NCBI GenBank assembly: GCA_020137815.1
Contig: CM035358.1
Location: 310,001 to 374,000 of the forward strand
Source: Hormiphora californensis
Taxonomy: Eukaryota; Animalia; Ctenophora
Reading direction: 5' to 3'
Length of the DNA: 64,000 nt
Part shown: positions 58,191-64,000 of the stretch, piece after piece
Layout: every line of letters begins with the position of its first letter
Numbering within the stretch: position 1 is the first letter of the stretch
Notes under the pieces: generated by a model
Database searches by the model: none
Seen by the model: only the letters and a program-made list of their open reading frames with translations
Told to the model about the DNA's origin: nothing
Translations under genes and position numbers: made by a program

Positions 58191-59776
58191 TGTCTCGGGG
58201 ATGAAGAAAACGACAAGGAAATGAGAGGGGAAAAAGGGGAAAATGGGGACCTTTTAGAGAGGAAAAAGGGGGAGGTGGCGTGAATTTAATATTAGAAAAA
58301 CCCCACAAAATTAAAACAAGGCTTCCCACAATTTATTGGGGGATTTCCAAATTGATTCGTTTGGTATGGGGGAAATAAAAAAAGTAAAATTTAGTTGTTT
58401 TAAAATGGTCCCGGGGGCCTCTTTTAAAATCAAAATGGGGGCCCCCAAAAGGCCCGGGTGGACAAAAAATTTAATTTAGTTTTAAAAGAAACCCCAAATT
58501 TGGGGAAAGGGCGAAAAAAAGGTAAAAAGGTGTTCCCCTTTTTAATTTTAAGTTGTTTGAAAATAAATTGTTTTCGTTTCACCGGGGAAAAGGATACGGT
58601 TTTTAAACCCAGAGGTCTTTTTCAAGAAAACCACAAAAATGCCTTTAATTAGGTGGCTTTTTTGGTTTTGAAACTACAAAAATTGGGAAAAATTAATTTG
58701 GAGTGAGTTGAACTGTTTTCTTTTTAAAAGAAATTTACCTCCCCTTATTTAGGATTTTACCAATTTTGTTCCCAAAATTTTTACGCGAAAAAGGGAAAAA
58801 TTGACAAAAATACCCAAAAAAGGCAAAATTTGTGCGGGTTACTAAAAGGGGGGGTGCAGATTTTTGGGAACGAGAAAATAAAAAAAACAAATTTTTCCGC
58901 CTTTTTTTTTCAAAAGACCCCGCCCCAGGATAAAATGGGTTTTTCTAATCGCATTTGTTTTTTATTTAGTTTTAAATGGTTAACATAACCAACCCCCGTG
59001 CGGGGTTTTTGTTAATAGAGAGCGATAGACAAGACAGTTTTTCCCTTTTTCCCCCTTCGCCTATTTTCTTTTTTCCCTTTTCCTCTCTTACGCTGCTTCT
59101 CTCCCTCTCCTTCTTCTTCCTTCTCTCTCTCCCTTTTCCCCCTTCCCCCTCTCTCTTCTCTCTCTCTCTTTCTCCCTTCTCTCTCTCTCTCTCTCTCCGC
59201 GTTTGCTTTCTGTTTTGCGTTAAGGGGGCTCAAACTCCCCGCCTTCTCTCAACTTGTAGAGAGACCTTGTTGGTTGCTAGGAGACATCCCACTAAGCACA
59301 CTGTAACAGTGCAGTGCAGCTATGTTGGTAGGTTCCCCCTTTTTTTAGTAAAGTGCTGTTTATTGTGGTGGATTTTATTTTTTTTTCCCACTCTAGTTTC
59401 CACTACTACTGGGAATGAGAAAAGGGCCCCCCAAGACGGGGGGTTTTTCCAAAGGGGGGGGGGGGGTAAAAATTGGGGGAAAATTTTTATTTTTTATTTC
59501 TTTTTTTGGGTAATCCTTCTATGGGGGTTCCGACAAAAACCCAAACACCAAAATCTAATTTCTTCCCAAAATTCTATTTTTTCTCCCTACCCCCTCCCCC
59601 TCCCTCTTCCCCCCCCTCGTTTTTTCCATGCTTCTAGTCTTTATTTCCCCGGGCCGGGGGGGGCCTTCCTTCTTTCTCTTTCAATTTTTTTCCTCCCCCC
59701 ACTAGTAGATAGCAGAGAGATGATGAGAGAGCAGAGAGAGAGAAGAGGCTAGAGGATCTCTCCTCTGCTCTCTCTC

Positions 59777-59892
<116 letters not shown>

Positions 59893-60896
59893 CAATAATT
59901 TGTACCAAATATATGACATTTGCAAATGCATGTCTCAAATTAAGGATGGCATGGGATTTTTGTAAGTTGTTCGATTTCAACTTGATCGGGCTGTCGGCAT
60001 AAATAAAGTTCTCTGGACTTTGCTGTGGGGTAATTTCTTACAGCATACATATGTAACATAAAGATTCTCTAGTCTGTTTATAGTCTGTTTCTTTAAGTCT
60101 ATATCTCTTTGTTCTAATTCCTGAGTGGTTTGGGTAATGATGAAATTTCATCAAATCATCTAACGTCACAAGTAGTACAATGCAATGTACAATTTGTAAT
60201 ACTGCTACAACAATATGACGTTACACAAGATATAGTTATACAATTGCCAAGTTGAGATTCAATGCTTAAAGTGATCTGTTTTGTAAGTTGGTCCCTTAAA
60301 GCTCGTCAGAGTTGTATTACAAATTAGATCTAGGTCTTAGATCTTATTTGTAATAAGACACACACAAGATACCCGTTGTGTTCCAATAAATTTTTATCAG
60401 AATCTCAGATTGAGGGACTATAGCAAACTGTCTCATTCTGGCGGCGCCGGCCGCGACCCTTTTTTTATTCTGGCGCCGCCGGGCGCCGGACAGTGTTGTT
60501 ACTCAGCAAGTAAAGTGGCAGATCAGTCTCGGAGAAGCAAAGTGTGTGTTCATTATCTGTGAGAGACCAGCTCAGTGTTCTTTGTATATTTCGACGTGAT
60601 ACATATTCTAATCTGCACTGCTCCAGCTATGCAAAGCTCTTTTTGCTTTTTTCCTCCCTTTTCCCTATCTCTCTCTCTCTCTCTCTCTTGATATTTCCTT
60701 TTCCTTACATCTACTATTATAAAGATCTTTGTCTTCAGTCCATTATGCAGCTGTACTAATTAGATATTTCCATTTATTTATCAGTTTATTGCCATGGGCC
60801 TATATTTTGCAAAATTCTGTTGCTACCATAATTGTTGCCAAGACCGGGTCAACACCTGAATCCTAACACCCTACAAAGCAATACTTACAGGCCCAT

Positions 60897-62932
60897 ATGC
60901 CGGTTACAAAGCACTACTACTCTCGCTACCAATCAATGGACGATGAGGACAACTTAGCTCCTGAGAAACTATCTGAACTGAGAGCCTGCTTCGGAACTTT
61001 TGATAGGAACGGGGATGGCACTATCTCTGCTTCAGAGTTTCAAAATGCTCTTATTAGGATGAATATCTACATACCAGCAGAGGTATTGTTACCTTTACAC
61101 TAGATCTACTATAGACACCCTCTCCCTCTATTTATTACCAGAAGGTTAACACCCCCTCTCCCTCTTAGTATTACCAGAAGGTTAACACCCCTCTCTCTTA
61201 ATATTACCAGGAGGTTAACACCCCCTCTCTCTTAGTATTACCAGAAGGTTAACACCCCCTCTCTCTTAATATTACCAGAAGGTTAACACCCCTCTCTCTT
61301 AATATTACCAGGAGGTTAACACCCCCTCTCTCTTAGTATTACCAGAAGGTTAACACCCCCTCTCTCTTAATATTACCAGAAGGTTAACACCCCCTCTCTC
61401 TTAGTATTACCAGAAGGTTAACACCCCCTCTCTCTTAATATTACCAGGAGGTTAACACCCCCTCTCTCTTAATATTACCAGAAGGTTAACACCCCTCTCT
61501 CTTAATATTACCAGGAGGTTAACACCCCTCTCTCTTAATATTACCAGGAGGTTAAGGCGATAATAGAAGAGTATGATGCTGATGGTAATGACTCCCTCGA
61601 CTTTAGTGAGTTCCTAATGCTAACCGCTAAGTTGGACCCCCGAATTGGACAGGAGATAGAAATTAACAAGGCCTTTAAACTGTTTGATAGAGACAATGAC
61701 GGCTATATCACAAGGTAAACCCTTGGGCGCTTACCAGCGCTACTACATACAAGGAAGTTGCTATAGAAACACAGCTAATTACCAACAATGACTTGTGTTA
61801 TGTTAAAAACCCACGCCCCTAAAAAAGGTAGGGGGGAAAAAAGGGGGGGAGGGGGAGAGGGGGAAAGGAGAGAAGGAAGAGAGGAAGGAAGGGAAAAAGA
61901 ATGAGGAGAAAAAAAAGGGGGGAGAGGGGGGAGGAGAGGGGGAGAGAGAGAGAGAGAGGGGGGAGGGGGGGGGGGGAAAAGGGGGGAAAAAAAAAAAATG
62001 GGGGCAGGCTCCTGCCGGAGGAGAGAAAAAAGGGGAACTCTTAAAAACCACCCTTCACAGAAACGAGTTGATGGATGCGTTGAAACGTTTTGGGATACAG
62101 ATAACCGCAGAAGAGGCAGAGAATTTGTTCAGTATGACGGACGATAATAGTGACAGTTGTTTGCCATCAAGAATTTTTAAAAAAAAACTTACGAGGTCCC
62201 TCCGCCCCAGTCCCTACGGGGAGTGTAACCCCGCCCCAGTTTTCCCAATGGTGGTGATAACCCCGTAGTCCCTACTGGTGAGGATAACCCCCCCCAGCCC
62301 TATGGTGAGTGTAACCCCCCCCAGTCCTATGGGGAGTGATAAACCCCCCCCCAGTCCCCATGGGATGATAAAACCCCCCCCAGTCCCACTGGTGAGTATA
62401 ACCCGCCCCAGCCCTATGGTGGTATAACCCCCCCCCAGTCCTCTGGGAGTGTTAACCCCCCCCCAGTCATTGGGAGTGATAAACCCCCCCCCGTCCCTAC
62501 TGGTGAGTGATAACCCCGCCCCAGTCCCTACTGGTGAGTGATAACCCCGCCCCAGTCCCTACTGGTGAGTGATAACCCCGCCCCAGTCCCTACTGGTGAG
62601 TGATAACCCCGCCCCAGTCCCTACTGGTGAGTGATAACCCCGTCCCAGTCCCTACTGGTGAGTGATAACCCCGCTCCAGTCCCTACTGGTGAGTGATAAC
62701 CCCACCCCAGTCCCTACTGGTGAGTGATAACCCCGCCCCAGTCCCTACTGGTGAGTCATAACCCCGCCCCTTCATTCTTATCTCCCTGATCTCTCTCTTT
62801 CTTACTCAATAACTCTTAACAGGAATGATGGGAAATATGTCACCTGGTTCGAGATCCCCAAGAGGATCCCGCTCCCCTAACAATACCAGAGCACGCAGCC
62901 CGAACAGAGCCAAAAGTCCGACACGTGCCTAA
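60897..62932 (+). CDS. Calmodulin-like 4-EF-hand protein with Arg/Ser/Pro-rich tail
   Basis: Loops DRNGDGTISASE, DADGNDSLDFSE, DRDNDGYITRNE, DDNSD.. Exons 60897-61082, 61548-61714, 62061-~62220, 62823-62932. The fourth EF hand falls in error-prone sequence. Confidence 0.85.
61134..61555. repeat. 33-34-bp tandem repeat (~13x) spanning a 3' splice site
   Basis: CACCCCCTCTCTCTTARTATTACCAG|RAGGTTAA units. Confidence 0.92.
62200..62770. repeat. 31-bp tandem repeat spanning a 5' splice site
   Basis: CCCCGCCCCAGTCCCTACTG|GTGAGTGATAA units. Confidence 0.9.
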
Positions 62933-63151
62933 CCAGACACGCGTAAAGCGAGATTTATTTGCGTTTTAGCAACAGAAACAGTTTCTACCGAGAAAGACCC
63001 TACCATTTGAATATTGTACGAAGTGTAAAATTGTCAATTTTTAGATAAAATAAATAACTGAAACAATAAAAACGGAGTATTGTACACTGGGGCTACTACA
63101 GACTGAGAAGAAAAGAAAAGCTCACCATAATTCCAGTAACATGCCTAGGAA

Positions 63152-63778
63152 GTTACCATAGCACAACATGTTAACATGGTAACCACTACACGATGTTACC
63201 ATAGCACCACATGTTAACATGGTAACCACTACACGACGTTACCATAGCACCACATGTTAACATGGTAACCACTACACGACGTTACCATATCACCACATGT
63301 TAACCACTACACGACGTTACCACAGCACCACATGTTAACATGGTAACCACTACACGACGTTACCATAGCACCACATGTTAACATGATAACCACTACACGA
63401 CGTTACCATAGCACCACATGTTAACATGATAACCACTACACGACGTTACCATAGCACCACAACACGACGTTACCATAGCACCACATGTTAACATGGTAAC
63501 CACTACACGACGTTACCATAGCACCACATGTTAACATGATAACCACTAGACGACGTTACCATAGCACCACAACACGACGTTGCCATAGCACCACATGTTA
63601 ACCACTACACAACGTTACCATAGCACCACATATTAACATGATAACCACTACACGACGTTACCATAGCACCACATGTTAACATGATAACCACTACACAACG
63701 TTACCATAGCACCACATGTTAACATGATAACCACTACACGACGTTACCATAGCACCACATGTTAACATGATAACCACT
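63152..63778. repeat. ~41-bp minisatellite with deletion variants
   Basis: GTTACCATAGCACCACATGTTAACATGRTAACCACTACACGAC units. Confidence 0.92.
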
Positions 63779-64000
63779 GTAACAGTAGGTATAGCATCAC
63801 ATGGAGTACAGTGAACTATTAATTGTAAGCCGTACTAAACCTATTTAAGGGTACACCTCGGCAAAATTTTTGTCGAGTGCCCGCTTAGCTCTCCATATGG
63901 GGTTGAAGGGCATACCAAGCCGACCTCAAATATGCAATTTTAGCCCTTAACTCGAATTCATATTTTTGCTACAGCCCCTCAAAGTTTGACCCTAAAAACC

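Noticed and set aside
58976-59752. 258-aa ORF
   Set aside because: Low-complexity sequence in an error-prone region.
60897-62932. Ca2+-activated photoprotein
   Set aside because: EF-hand spacing and four-loop layout are calmodulin-like, without photoprotein-specific features I can recognise.

Overview
Eukaryotic (animal) genomic DNA, not prokaryotic. It is compact and intron-rich, with short GT-AG introns, many (GA)n microsatellites and dense non-autonomous transposons. The style suggests a ctenophore or other non-bilaterian, but that is inference only. Genes rebuilt by hand from splice signals: a secreted CBM14-mucin-ShKT protein, an orphan secreted protein, an 8-finger C2H2 transcription factor, COG4 (-), CFAP144/FAM183 with a nested antisense gene, TPPP/p25 (-), cystathionine gamma-lyase, a secreted YHYH-domain protein with GGRD/DQGGR repeats, a LITAF-family gene and a calmodulin-like gene. 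Most notable: (1) a Transib/RAG-type element (CACAGTG ends, 5-bp TSD, 22987-30953) carrying intron-containing glycyl-tRNA synthetase fragments; (2) a LINE insertion inside it whose TSD also encloses a second, different ORF1-like gene; (3) an intron-nested spliced gene with two tandem GIY-YIG-like domains lacking catalytic residues; (4) repeated minisatellites whose unit is a splice junction; (5) the intron-poor YHYH repeat protein. Sequence quality appears poor at about 58100-59750 and 61800-62500. All gene models are manual and untested.
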